Of a stretch of DNA of 38,440 nt, positions 27,500 through 36,726 are shown piece after piece; the stretch's first letter is position 1, and each line of letters begins with the position of its first letter. The notes below the pieces were generated by a model. The model was given only the letters and a program-made list of their open reading frames with translations, searched no databases and was not told the DNA's origin. Origin of the DNA: Candidatus Thorarchaeota archaeon (GTDB lineage Archaea > Asgardarchaeota > Thorarchaeia > Thorarchaeales > Thorarchaeaceae); the NCBI GenBank assembly GCA_019057475.1, contig DXJO01000049.1:1-38440 (forward strand), given 5' to 3'. The translations under genes and the position numbers were made by a program.

Positions 27500-28975
27500 C
27501 TAGGGATTATACGCGAATGGGTGTCGAGCTGAGTCTTTCCTAGCTACAATCTCATTGACGTCTTGTCGTCGTTCTATCGCCCTTCGGATGGCGTGTCGAA
27601 CTGCACGGAAGTTGTTGATGTGCACACGCTTTGGATTATTGGCACTAGGATGCACGAATACATTGGCGGCTATCACCAAGTCAGGAATGAGCTCCTCAGG
27701 AATTATCATGTCTGTTATGGTGCGTGTCACAGCATCAGCCACTGCCTTCTGAGCTACTTCGTATACCAGCGCTTTGTGTTTTTCATCGACGATTGTAACT
27801 GTTGAAACGAAGACTGTTGTGGGTTCGAGGTCTTTGATGACATTGGAAGCATGAAAGCCCTCCGTCATTGTCCCGGCAGCTGCTAATGCTTCTTTGAGTG
27901 GTCCGTCCCGAAGACCCATGACAAGATCGACGTGTGCAACCTCCAGCCCTTCTCCAGCCAGCGCTTCTCCATGCAGCAATGTCAAGTCGTCGATGACTTC
28001 CGGAACTATGCCAATAGCCGTGGGATAGGACTCAGCAATCAAAGTCTTGTCGCCCATTTTGAACGTGACTGGTCCTCGCTTAATGAGTTGGAGGTCTTCC
28101 AAACACGTCCTGAGCTCGTCTATATCCTCGTACCTGAGAGCGTCACCTTCAATCAATGGAGCTCGTGCGGTTCCTACTGGAATCCCCATCATATTCAAGG
28201 CGGCCTTGACAGCAAGCCCGCCGCCCTTGTTTACCATTAGCCGGATTGTTTTCTGTAAGCTTCGTTGAATGATTAGGCCTTCCTTGAGGTCTCCGCTGGC
28301 AAGTGCTGCTTGCATTCGTATGTAGCGGTCTGGAAAGATATTGGCACTCAAGAGTATCGCACCATCACAGCCGGTAGCAAGGGCTGGAAGAGCAACCTCA
28401 TCATGTCCGATAACTACCTGAAAGGTTTCCGGCCGGCGAACGAGAATCGTCGTAAGATCAAGCAGGTTCGCACTTGAGTCCTTCATCCCGATGATTCCAT
28501 CTATCTCTCGGAGACCATCTACAAGCCACCAATCGATGTTAACTCCCGTCACTTGGGGGATATTGTAAAGGAATATCGGAATATCGCTTGCGTTGGCGAC
28601 CCGTTCAAAGTGCTCATAGATTTCCTTCGTGCTAGGTTTAAGGAAATACGGTGTGACCACTAGTGCGGCCGAAGCACCGAATTCAACAGCTCTCCTTGTG
28701 AGCTGAATGGCTTCCCTTGTGGATGCAGCTCCCGTGCCAGCCATTACAGGAACCCTGCCTTTTGCTGCGTCACAAGCAATCCTGAATGCATCGACCTTCT
28801 CATCGAAGCTCATGCTAGTGAATTCGCCTGTTGTTCCGCAAGGAACGATTCCCGTCGCACCACTCTTGATTACATGGTCAATCAATCCACGGTATTGCTC
28901 CTCGTTGACGCCATCTTTGCTGAATGGTGTTACCAAAGCGGGGAATACGCCCTTGAATGTGAAGTCATCTGTCAT
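27500..28975 (-). CDS. DapA/NAL-family Schiff-base aldolase fused to a formaldehyde-activating enzyme (Fae) domain, copy B
   Basis: PALVTPF, GTTGE, LYNIP, GMKDS; C-terminus GEALAGEGLEVAHVDLVMG..VTI..AQKAVADAV..VFVHPSA..N..AI.RAI..ARHPF matches Fae. Confidence 0.9.
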   Translation of the reverse strand: MTDDFTFKGVFPALVTPFSKDGVNEEQYRGLIDHVIKSGATGIVPCGTTGEFTSMSFDEKVDAFRIACDAAKGRVPVMAGTGAASTREAIQLTRRAVEFGASAALVVTPYFLKPSTKEIYEHFERVANASDIPIFLYNIPQVTGVNIDWWLVDGLREIDGIIGMKDSSANLLDLTTILVRRPETFQVVIGHDEVALPALATGCDGAILLSANIFPDRYIRMQAALASGDLKEGLIIQRSLQKTIRLMVNKGGGLAVKAALNMMGIPVGTARAPLIEGDALRYEDIDELRTCLEDLQLIKRGPVTFKMGDKTLIAESYPTAIGIVPEVIDDLTLLHGEALAGEGLEVAHVDLVMGLRDGPLKEALAAAGTMTEGFHASNVIKDLEPTTVFVSTVTIVDEKHKALVYEVAQKAVADAVTRTITDMIIPEELIPDLVIAANVFVHPSANNPKRVHINNFRAVRHAIRRAIERRQDVNEIVARKDSARHPFAYNP

Positions 28976-28981
28976 TTCTGA

Positions 28982-30379
28982 TCACTTCCATATCTGTCCC
29001 AAGGCAGCTGACACGACTCTCTCAGTCGCCGCTGTTACTTGCCGTCGGTTTCTGGAGTTTAGGTCAATGTCTAGTGCCATAATCACCACATTGTCAACAA
29101 TGACTTGATCTGGCACCTTGCCACTCTTGAGATGCGCCGCCACAGCCCTTGCGGCTCCTGACTGTACAGGCCCGTAGAAGAGGGTGGCCTGACGCATTGA
29201 CTTGATTTTCTTGATAGGCACCATGATGCTTGTCGGTCTCACAGGAAGATTAGGTTCCAATATCACCGTTAGTGCTTCGTGACCTACTCTTGGATTCATG
29301 AGCAGCTTAACGAATGCCGAACCCAGAGCGCTATGTTTCGGCCCGGTCATAATAGCCACTGACACGGTATCTTCAGAAGCCTTCCCGATTTCCGCATCTT
29401 GAAGGTAGTCCGGTCCAACTCCGAATGTCCCAAGAGCTCCTTGTATGTCGATGTCCTTTGTAGCCTTGGGATGAGTCAGGGCCTCTATCAGTCCAAGATT
29501 CTCCAGTTCAATTCGAATCTCAGCCCTTAGCTCATGAGTCAGAGTGCCGCCTGAATTCAAAGGCATTCTAGAATAGCCTGCGTTTATCCCCATTATTCTA
29601 AGCGCTGCCTTTACGGGAGGTGCGCCTCCCTTTCTTGTGACTATTCGTGCAAAGGTCTGCGCCGAGAGCTGAAGCTTCGCAGCATTCTTCATGTCACCCT
29701 TTTGCACCTTGTCCATGATGTCGAGCCAAATGTGAGGCATCACGTTTGCGGATGCCAAGATTGCCGCACTCGCTCCTGCCGCAACCGCAGAGAGGAAGCA
29801 CTCATCATGGCCAATCAGCACTGGCATCTTGCCATCTAGCTTCTGAATCAGCTCGAGAGTATGGCCTATGTGGCCACTACTATCCTTGATCCCAACGATA
29901 TTGTCAAGCTCGGCCAAGTCCTCTACAATGTTCGATTGCAGAACCCCGAGCGTACATTGTGGAATGTTATACATTATGATTGGCAGCCCGCCCGTTCCGG
30001 CAACAGCTTCATAGTGCTCGTAGTATCCCTTGTCTGTCGGGCGAAGATAGAATGGCGAAATGACTAGGGCTGCATCGCATCCTATGTCTGCAGCATACTT
30101 GGTCATCTTGACTGTTGCTTCTGTGCTAGTTTCTCCAGTCCCAGCCACCACGGGCACGCGACCATCCGCGAATTCCACACACATCTTGAAGAGTTTCTTC
30201 CGCTCCTCGGTCCGCATATAGACGAATTCTCCGGTCGTCCCAGCAGGCACAAGACCCGTCGCGCCCTTCTCAATCGTGTAATCGATTATGTCCTTGAATC
30301 CTTCTTCTATTATGTCGCCGTCCTTTGTGAAAGGGGTCACCAAGGCGGGCATAACACCCTTTGGTTCGAACTTAGCCAT
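28982..30379 (-). CDS. DapA/NAL-family Schiff-base aldolase fused to a partial Fae-like domain, copy A
   Basis: PALVTPF, GTTGE, MYNIP, GIKDS; C-terminus GPKHSALGSAF..GHEALTVILEPNLPVRPTSIMVP..IKSMRQATLFYGPVQ.G.ARAV matches the central part of Fae. Confidence 0.88.
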   Translation of the reverse strand: MAKFEPKGVMPALVTPFTKDGDIIEEGFKDIIDYTIEKGATGLVPAGTTGEFVYMRTEERKKLFKMCVEFADGRVPVVAGTGETSTEATVKMTKYAADIGCDAALVISPFYLRPTDKGYYEHYEAVAGTGGLPIIMYNIPQCTLGVLQSNIVEDLAELDNIVGIKDSSGHIGHTLELIQKLDGKMPVLIGHDECFLSAVAAGASAAILASANVMPHIWLDIMDKVQKGDMKNAAKLQLSAQTFARIVTRKGGAPPVKAALRIMGINAGYSRMPLNSGGTLTHELRAEIRIELENLGLIEALTHPKATKDIDIQGALGTFGVGPDYLQDAEIGKASEDTVSVAIMTGPKHSALGSAFVKLLMNPRVGHEALTVILEPNLPVRPTSIMVPIKKIKSMRQATLFYGPVQSGAARAVAAHLKSGKVPDQVIVDNVVIMALDIDLNSRNRRQVTAATERVVSAALGQIWK

Positions 30380-30417
30380 CAAGAACCACCTGACAGGCTT
30401 CGCGGGCTGTGCAGTTG

Positions 30418-30424
30418 TATAAAA
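30418..30424 (-). promoter_or_regulatory. Putative TATA box of the aldolase-Fae pair
   Basis: TTTTATA on the minus strand ~40 nt upstream of ATG 30379. Confidence 0.55.
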
Positions 30425-30446
30425 GGTTCCGCTTGTTAGTTTCAGA

Positions 30447-32897
30447 TTAGTAGGATTTCGCCAAATTAGCGCGTCGTGCCGCGTACTGGAGCGAGTTGTT
30501 GAAGTACTGCCCTATCACCTTAGCTAGCGCCGGCCCCACAATATAGTTTATCTCGCCTGGGAGCATGGCATTCAAATTCGTCTTGGACGTCAATTTGCCG
30601 CTCCTCTTCAGATTCCCGATTTCTCTCTGGACAATGACCCTGGCCTCATCCCACGTCATGGCTTCAGCTTTGGGGCCAATCAGACCTCTCTTTATGTCAG
30701 AGATGGATCGCATTACGAACACAGCAAGACTGTCCAAGTCTTTGCTCTTAATCATCTGGCCGGAACCATGTTCAGAGCAAGCTCCTTCCTTGGGTATTGC
30801 ACCGCAATTTGTGCAGACAGAACGTCCTCGGCTTGTTCGTACATAGAATGCAAGAAGGTTGGCGAGCTTTGTATCGTCGTTTGCTGTCCAGTTCAAACCC
30901 GCAGTTCCAACTCGGGCTATTGCCCTGAATACGGTATGAGCCTTTGTGTAGACAAAAGATAGCGCATCGAGCGATGTCTTCTTGCGCTCAGCAAGCCTTT
31001 GCTGCTGTCGTTTTGCTTCAATGGCCAGTTCCTCTTTTGCCGCCATTCCAGACCGTTCCTGTTTCAAGAAGCGATGCATCACATCATATGCGATGGCGTA
31101 GTTATCAAACGTGAGCCCATCCCGGACTAGAGGGGCTTCCACTACACCCTCGAATACTGGACTTGGCGTTGATTCAAGATTCGAAGAAGCAGCATCCAAT
31201 GCCTTGCTTGCCAAACGTGCATGCATCCATGCGCTTAGTGTTGATGCATCGAGTTCAGGATGCACACATTTTAGCTCGTAGATGCGAATAGCTGTAAGGT
31301 CAATCAGGATCTCCTCGCGCAGGAATTGAAGCTCGGTTTCTGTATCTTCATAGATGCTCGTGAGTAGTGCCTTCATGCGGAGCAGGTCTTGCTTCGACCG
31401 CATGTAGGTTTCCACTATGCGTGTGAGATTCGTCAACAGACCTATAGTGAAATGCCAGACCAAGTCCAGCTTGATTGCTCTCGCGACTTCTTCATGCCTG
31501 AGTTGCTGACTTATATCAGAAACGGAGGCCATACCCAGTGAACTTAGAGCGCCATCATGAACTTGCTCACGCTGCTTGATGAGTAACTTGAGGTTCTCTG
31601 GAGAGGGAACACGCATCTTTGATTCGAGGGTTTCCAGTACTTGAACCTCAATGCCCATCAGGCTGCTGCGGTCCTTGGTCAGAAGATCCAATGATATCTT
31701 GTCTAACTCCGATGCTCTCCACCCCTTTGCTCTTAGCATACCCTTAACCTGCTTCTGGAGAGTGGTTTCAAGTTTCTCAAGACGTTTCAACGATCGCTCC
31801 ATTACCTCAAGGTCTTCCTTGTTGATGGAGGGGCCTTCGGCTTTGGCAGTAGGTGGCTCAGCCACACTCATCAAACCTTCTGCTAGCTGCAATACGTCTT
31901 TGACGCCCTTCACTCGCAGCGCGGCTTGAATATCACTGGAGTTAATCTGAAGTAGCTGTGACAGCATATTGTAGACGCTGTCAGGCTCAGCTTTGATCAT
32001 CTCACTCAAATGGTTCGCGACTACCTGACCCATCTTCGCCTCATACTCCTCAAGCGATGTGGGCGTTTCGAGATCGATTTCTACAGCTTCGATTAGCCTA
32101 AGCTTCAATTCATGGGCAGCTCGTATCGCCTGTGTTTCCAGAGGGCTCTGGCAGAATCGTTTCAGCACCGCATCAGAAATAGCGTTCCAAGCCGAGTCAG
32201 TAACGGATTGCGTGGGTCGTCCCTCTGCGTACTTCATAGTCCCGTAAATTTGACTCAGACCACGGGTTAGAACCGTGATTTCTGCAGTTTCTTCATCTCT
32301 GGGTCTGAGCAATTCATCCCTCAAAGAGAGAGCGGTTTCTTTCAGACCAGAAGCCTTTGTGTAAAGTTCTCGCCTCCATGCTGCGCTCCAGCCAGTTACT
32401 TCATTAATGAAATCAATATCATGATTTGGCGAATAGTCAGTTGGAATCTTTCCGAGATACTCCTTCACCAAGGATAGAGCCATTTCCTTCGTGCTTTGAT
32501 CAGTTGCGCTTTTGTCGCCTAGCTTATCTGCGGCCTTGATGAAGAACTCACTTACAAGGCGGGATACATCGACCTCCTCTTGGAATTTAACACCGAGCAG
32601 CTCCCGAATCTCTAACTCAAGCTGACGACGCTCCTTGCGTGTTGCTTCGTCCTTGAGCTCAATTGTAAGGTCTTGCGCCTCATCAAACCCTAGCAGCTTA
32701 ACACCTTGGTAATGGTACAACCAGAATGACGCAAAGAAGGATAAGATATCTTCCATGGGTCGAGAGCCTTCCGCAATTTCCGTTAAGAGCTGACGATCCC
32801 TATTACTTCGCATGTGGTTGACAAGCGCTTCCCTCAGGAGAATCTCCTTTCCAGCCTCGGACATCTGCCTGGTCTTGAGAATCCATGAACTTGCCAC
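30447..32897 (-). CDS. Large alpha-helical hypothetical protein with C-terminal Zn-ribbon-like motif
   Basis: 816 aa; coiled-coil segments; CTNC..CSEH; GTG start overlaps the upstream TAG (TAGTG). Confidence 0.8.
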   Translation of the reverse strand: MASSWILKTRQMSEAGKEILLREALVNHMRSNRDRQLLTEIAEGSRPMEDILSFFASFWLYHYQGVKLLGFDEAQDLTIELKDEATRKERRQLELEIRELLGVKFQEEVDVSRLVSEFFIKAADKLGDKSATDQSTKEMALSLVKEYLGKIPTDYSPNHDIDFINEVTGWSAAWRRELYTKASGLKETALSLRDELLRPRDEETAEITVLTRGLSQIYGTMKYAEGRPTQSVTDSAWNAISDAVLKRFCQSPLETQAIRAAHELKLRLIEAVEIDLETPTSLEEYEAKMGQVVANHLSEMIKAEPDSVYNMLSQLLQINSSDIQAALRVKGVKDVLQLAEGLMSVAEPPTAKAEGPSINKEDLEVMERSLKRLEKLETTLQKQVKGMLRAKGWRASELDKISLDLLTKDRSSLMGIEVQVLETLESKMRVPSPENLKLLIKQREQVHDGALSSLGMASVSDISQQLRHEEVARAIKLDLVWHFTIGLLTNLTRIVETYMRSKQDLLRMKALLTSIYEDTETELQFLREEILIDLTAIRIYELKCVHPELDASTLSAWMHARLASKALDAASSNLESTPSPVFEGVVEAPLVRDGLTFDNYAIAYDVMHRFLKQERSGMAAKEELAIEAKRQQQRLAERKKTSLDALSFVYTKAHTVFRAIARVGTAGLNWTANDDTKLANLLAFYVRTSRGRSVCTNCGAIPKEGACSEHGSGQMIKSKDLDSLAVFVMRSISDIKRGLIGPKAEAMTWDEARVIVQREIGNLKRSGKLTSKTNLNAMLPGEINYIVGPALAKVIGQYFNNSLQYAARRANLAKSY

Positions 32898-35515
32898 TAG
32901 ACTGCACCTCCCATCTTGCTTCCACCGATTCTGATTGTGAGTTCGCTTCCTCTTTGTTCATAGGTTACCACATAGATGAAGTCAGGAGAATCAGGATTTC
33001 TTAGATACGCTCTTGTTGGCCGCGGAAGTAGTCTACTTAATCCTCTAATGACCGAATCCATCAGATACTCGAGAAACTCGTCACCAATGCTGAGAGAGAT
33101 TGTTTCGGTGGCAGTCGATCCCTCAGATTGCAGTTGTTTCAACCTTTCAAGGAAAATGGCTTCCATCTTCTCTTGACTCTCATTCATCATTGAGAGTTCC
33201 TTTGTCATGGTGTCGCGTAGCTCAGTATAGAGTAGTGTTTCTTGTGACATCTCGGGCGTGGGTGGAATTGGATGTTCTGAAAGACCGGGTGAGTACTCAG
33301 CATCAATGTCAGCAATGCGCAAATTCATGCTTCGAGGAGGATTGGGCTTGTCTGGGATAGTGATGCCAGTGCTATCAAGAGATGCTTGAGCAAGTCTTCG
33401 CTTCTCTCGGATCGATTCATACTCGGCCGTTTCCTCGTTGAATTGGGATTGTGTCTGCTGAAGCAGAGTATCCCTCGTTTCGTTGTGAGCCCTTATCTTG
33501 GCATTCTCAGCTTCTATTACTTGGCGTTCTTGTTCCCATTCCTGAACCAGAATCTGATACTCCTGTTCTCGCACATTGGCCTTGCTGGCAATTCGCTCAA
33601 CTGTTGACCGCGCAGTTCCCCTGCGTCCTGCCTTATCATGAATAAACTGTAGGAAATCCATCAGCTTAGTGGAGAGGCTATCATCCGTTCCTTGAACGCG
33701 AAAATCCTCAACCCAGAGCCGGGCTTCGGTTTTCCACATCTCGGGTTTCTCACTCTGCTTGTCTATTATCGACAACAGCGCTTCCGTCAGGTCAACGCCT
33801 TCATTCAGGACTGCATCAATAGCCTCCGAAATTAATGCCTTGCTCAAGAGGTGGTCCGCCACATCGGGCACCACATCTGCTACAAGGGTCTCGAAGTCGG
33901 AGAGTAAATTCTGAAGTGCTATGCCGGTTTCTGAGAGTGTAGCACTGCCCTCACTGACTCCAGCTGAGTGGTTGTTCTCGATTTCAGAGCGGACAACCTG
34001 AGCCACGTCGCCGAATCTTATCAAGGCCCATGCATCAATCTTCTCAAAGGATTCTTGGATATCACTGACAATCACGCTTATCAACTCGGCTGGATGATCT
34101 TGCTTGGAGCCTTCGAACGCCTTCTTGCCAATGACCGCATTCAGTTGACTATACAAATCATCGAAGAACTTGTGGAATAGCATGGTTTCAGTGGGACCCA
34201 TCTCTTGATTTGACATCTCGTCCCGGAAATCCCGCATAGTTTCGAATATCGCTCTTCTGGTTGCCCCCACAATCAGGTATTGCTGCAAATCCAGCACGAA
34301 GTACTGAGCCACTTTCTTGGCATAAACGACGAAATACCTCATGGTGCTCTTCAGCTGCCACGCCCTCAGCTCATCGTTAACGGGGAACTCACGCTCAACG
34401 GATTCCATCATATAGCTCACAAGGTTTTTCGCGAGTTCAGTCTTGAATCCATCAAACCGCGTCTTGTCAGATTCTATCTCGGAGTTGAGCTTGGACTTGT
34501 GTTCTGAGAGCGACAGTGTGAGTCCAGAACTAACGTGCTGCTCAATAACCACTTCAAATGAATCAACAGTTTCAGTTAGGAGCGTAGCGAATTCGTTTGT
34601 CCTCTTCTTGAGTGAATCGAGCTCGCGGATTTCCGCTCGCTCACTCCCGAGAAACTGAACAAGGGCAGCAATCGATGCGCGAACGATGTCTACCTCTTCT
34701 ATACCGTAGGCGTATGTGTTTAGTTCGCTTAGAATTGCTCTGCCCGTGTTAGCAACACTTGATGATATCGTTTCAATAGCCAAGGGCGTGAGGATTCTTT
34801 GTTTGAAGTAGTGGATTTTCTCTATCTCGCTCGATTTAGGAGAATCAAACCTAAGGTCGGTGCGCTCCACTATTGTTATCCCGGGAGGCAACGTAGTGAA
34901 GTCGTCGCGGCACTGTAATTTGATAGCGACTTCCTCGTCGATGTTTTCCGATTTAAGCTGAATCGAGTCCCACGAACCCTTGAACTGACGGTCCATCAAT
35001 TCTACAAAGACAACGCGGTTCAGGCGATCCACGAACTTGCTAAGTATGGCCATCCCATCGGTTTCGTAGTTCAAGCTGCTATTAACAACTGCAGCCTCCA
35101 CGTCAGCAATCTTCTTTGATAATCCCTGCATATGATTGTCAATCTTGAACGGATCTACAATGCCCTCTTCCCAGCTCAGCACACACACATGAGAACTAAC
35201 CTCATTTGACAAAGCACCAGCGATGGAGAGCTGTTCTGGCAGAACTTCGGAACCTTGAGCGCGGTCTAGGTTCCATTCCAATGAGAGTATCTCAAGACCC
35301 TCTGTTTTTCTTAGAGCATCCCTAATCGCGAAGACTAGAGACGATATATTCATGGCAACAGCTTCGGAATTCTGTTCCATCATGCTGCCAGAGCCTATTG
35401 CACTACCAAGGGGGTTCCCACGACTTGTGGAAACTCCAAGTACTGAGGCCGAAGCCATTCTGATTGCCTCAATGGTGCTTCGAGCTTGCGCCTTTTTTCT
35501 GGATAGTCCGCTCAT
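32897..35515 (-). CDS. Large acidic alpha-helical / coiled-coil hypothetical protein
   Basis: ~872 aa open frame; long coiled coil (EQEYQILVQEWEQERQVIEAENAKIRAHNE..); no catalytic motif recognised. Confidence 0.8.
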   Translation of the reverse strand: MSGLSRKKAQARSTIEAIRMASASVLGVSTSRGNPLGSAIGSGSMMEQNSEAVAMNISSLVFAIRDALRKTEGLEILSLEWNLDRAQGSEVLPEQLSIAGALSNEVSSHVCVLSWEEGIVDPFKIDNHMQGLSKKIADVEAAVVNSSLNYETDGMAILSKFVDRLNRVVFVELMDRQFKGSWDSIQLKSENIDEEVAIKLQCRDDFTTLPPGITIVERTDLRFDSPKSSEIEKIHYFKQRILTPLAIETISSSVANTGRAILSELNTYAYGIEEVDIVRASIAALVQFLGSERAEIRELDSLKKRTNEFATLLTETVDSFEVVIEQHVSSGLTLSLSEHKSKLNSEIESDKTRFDGFKTELAKNLVSYMMESVEREFPVNDELRAWQLKSTMRYFVVYAKKVAQYFVLDLQQYLIVGATRRAIFETMRDFRDEMSNQEMGPTETMLFHKFFDDLYSQLNAVIGKKAFEGSKQDHPAELISVIVSDIQESFEKIDAWALIRFGDVAQVVRSEIENNHSAGVSEGSATLSETGIALQNLLSDFETLVADVVPDVADHLLSKALISEAIDAVLNEGVDLTEALLSIIDKQSEKPEMWKTEARLWVEDFRVQGTDDSLSTKLMDFLQFIHDKAGRRGTARSTVERIASKANVREQEYQILVQEWEQERQVIEAENAKIRAHNETRDTLLQQTQSQFNEETAEYESIREKRRLAQASLDSTGITIPDKPNPPRSMNLRIADIDAEYSPGLSEHPIPPTPEMSQETLLYTELRDTMTKELSMMNESQEKMEAIFLERLKQLQSEGSTATETISLSIGDEFLEYLMDSVIRGLSRLLPRPTRAYLRNPDSPDFIYVVTYEQRGSELTIRIGGSKMGGAV

Positions 35516-35656
35516 CAATCGGTCCCCTGAACGAATTTCATAATTCGTAGATTGTCAGAAACTATGAACAGGGCTGCCCGATGCTGTTCTGGTTTCTGGT
35601 AAGGGACTTTCGTGTGGGTGTCTTTTGAATCTAGCTCGATTGTACATTGAAGGGAA

Positions 35657-36604
35657 TTAGGCAGGGTGCCAGACTCCGTGGTTGTTTTCGTGGATAAGTC
35701 CAGCTTTTTCAAGTGCGTTCAGCGTAACTTGTATTGTTGTGGGCAGCAATGCAGGATTACTCTGTGGAACTGGTACACTGCGGGCTCGTATCATGTCGTA
35801 TGTCAATTGATTGACATCCGCATCACCTCTCAAAGAAATGTGTTCCAGCAAGAAATCCTGGAATTGGATAACTCCATTGCTGACCTCCTCGAACTGTAGG
35901 GAAACATCACGCAGGATATGAGCTACATCATGAGCAGGTAGAAGGAATTCAATATCCAGTGTCCGAAGATGTTCGATTGCAGCCAGCTTAGCTGAGAGAC
36001 TGCCGGTCAGATCAACGTAGAATTTTCTAGGCTCATTGGGGAAGTTGTTGACCTCATCGCCTGAAAACAATGCTTTCCTTGGAGCATCATAAAAGACACA
36101 GTGCCCAGAGGAATGTCCACCCGTCAGGATGACTGTTAGAGCTGTGCCCCCCACCCGGATTGTGTCCCCATCCTCAATGAAACGGTCTGGCTCGATTCCC
36201 CGAAAGTTGACTCGTAACGGACTCTTATCAAACTTCATTGCAACACGCCCCGCAAAGTCCATCCTGAGTCGCTCTTTGATAAACAGCTGAGGCGCACTTA
36301 GTAGCTCAGCATCGTTCTTATGAATCATCACAGGAGCGCCCGTCGCCTTATGCAAGCGTGCAGCACCGCCGATGTGATCCGGATGTCCATGTGTGCACAG
36401 AATGCCCACAACATCCTTCCTATGACTAAGGCCGAGGTCCTTTATCGCCTTCAGAATTGCCTTTCCGGGGTTTCCAGCTGTTCCGGGGTCTATGATGAGA
36501 ATCTCACCATCATCTACCACAAGGTAGCTAGCGATGAAACCAAACTCATCGGCGAATTTGCCATTTACAACATGAATACCGGGTACAATCTCTTTCGCAC
36601 TCAT
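35657..36604 (-). CDS. Metallo-beta-lactamase fold hydrolase with C-terminal winged helix
   Basis: IIDPG, THGHPDHIGG, GHSSGH, FSGD, PAHD. Start placed at ATG 36604. Confidence 0.9.
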   Translation of the reverse strand: MSAKEIVPGIHVVNGKFADEFGFIASYLVVDDGEILIIDPGTAGNPGKAILKAIKDLGLSHRKDVVGILCTHGHPDHIGGAARLHKATGAPVMIHKNDAELLSAPQLFIKERLRMDFAGRVAMKFDKSPLRVNFRGIEPDRFIEDGDTIRVGGTALTVILTGGHSSGHCVFYDAPRKALFSGDEVNNFPNEPRKFYVDLTGSLSAKLAAIEHLRTLDIEFLLPAHDVAHILRDVSLQFEEVSNGVIQFQDFLLEHISLRGDADVNQLTYDMIRARSVPVPQSNPALLPTTIQVTLNALEKAGLIHENNHGVWHPA

Positions 36605-36726
36605 TGTCCATCTAAAAGAACCCCTTCCAATCCTTATGATAATATCGACGACGAGAGCCTTATCAGTGGAATTCAAACCACTGTTCCAGTGCAAGAAACA
36701 AGAGTTCTCATCGATGAGGCAGAAAG

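Noticed and set aside
27300-27500. Possible ncRNA or tRNA in the 200-bp intergenic gap
   Set aside because: No cloverleaf, convincing C/D box pair or strong stem was recognised.
25729-30379. Lysine (DAP) biosynthesis cluster dapA-dapA-dapE
   Set aside because: The aldolases lack the DHDPS Arg and carry Fae domains, the M20 enzyme cannot be assigned to DapE specifically, and no dapB, asd or lysA is in the window.
30447-35515. SMC/Rad50 or dynamin assignment for the large coiled-coil proteins
   Set aside because: No Walker A/B or GTPase motifs were found in either protein.
35515-35712. 65-aa ORF between the MBL gene and the large helical gene
   Set aside because: It overlaps the MBL 3' end and has no recognisable features; probably spurious.
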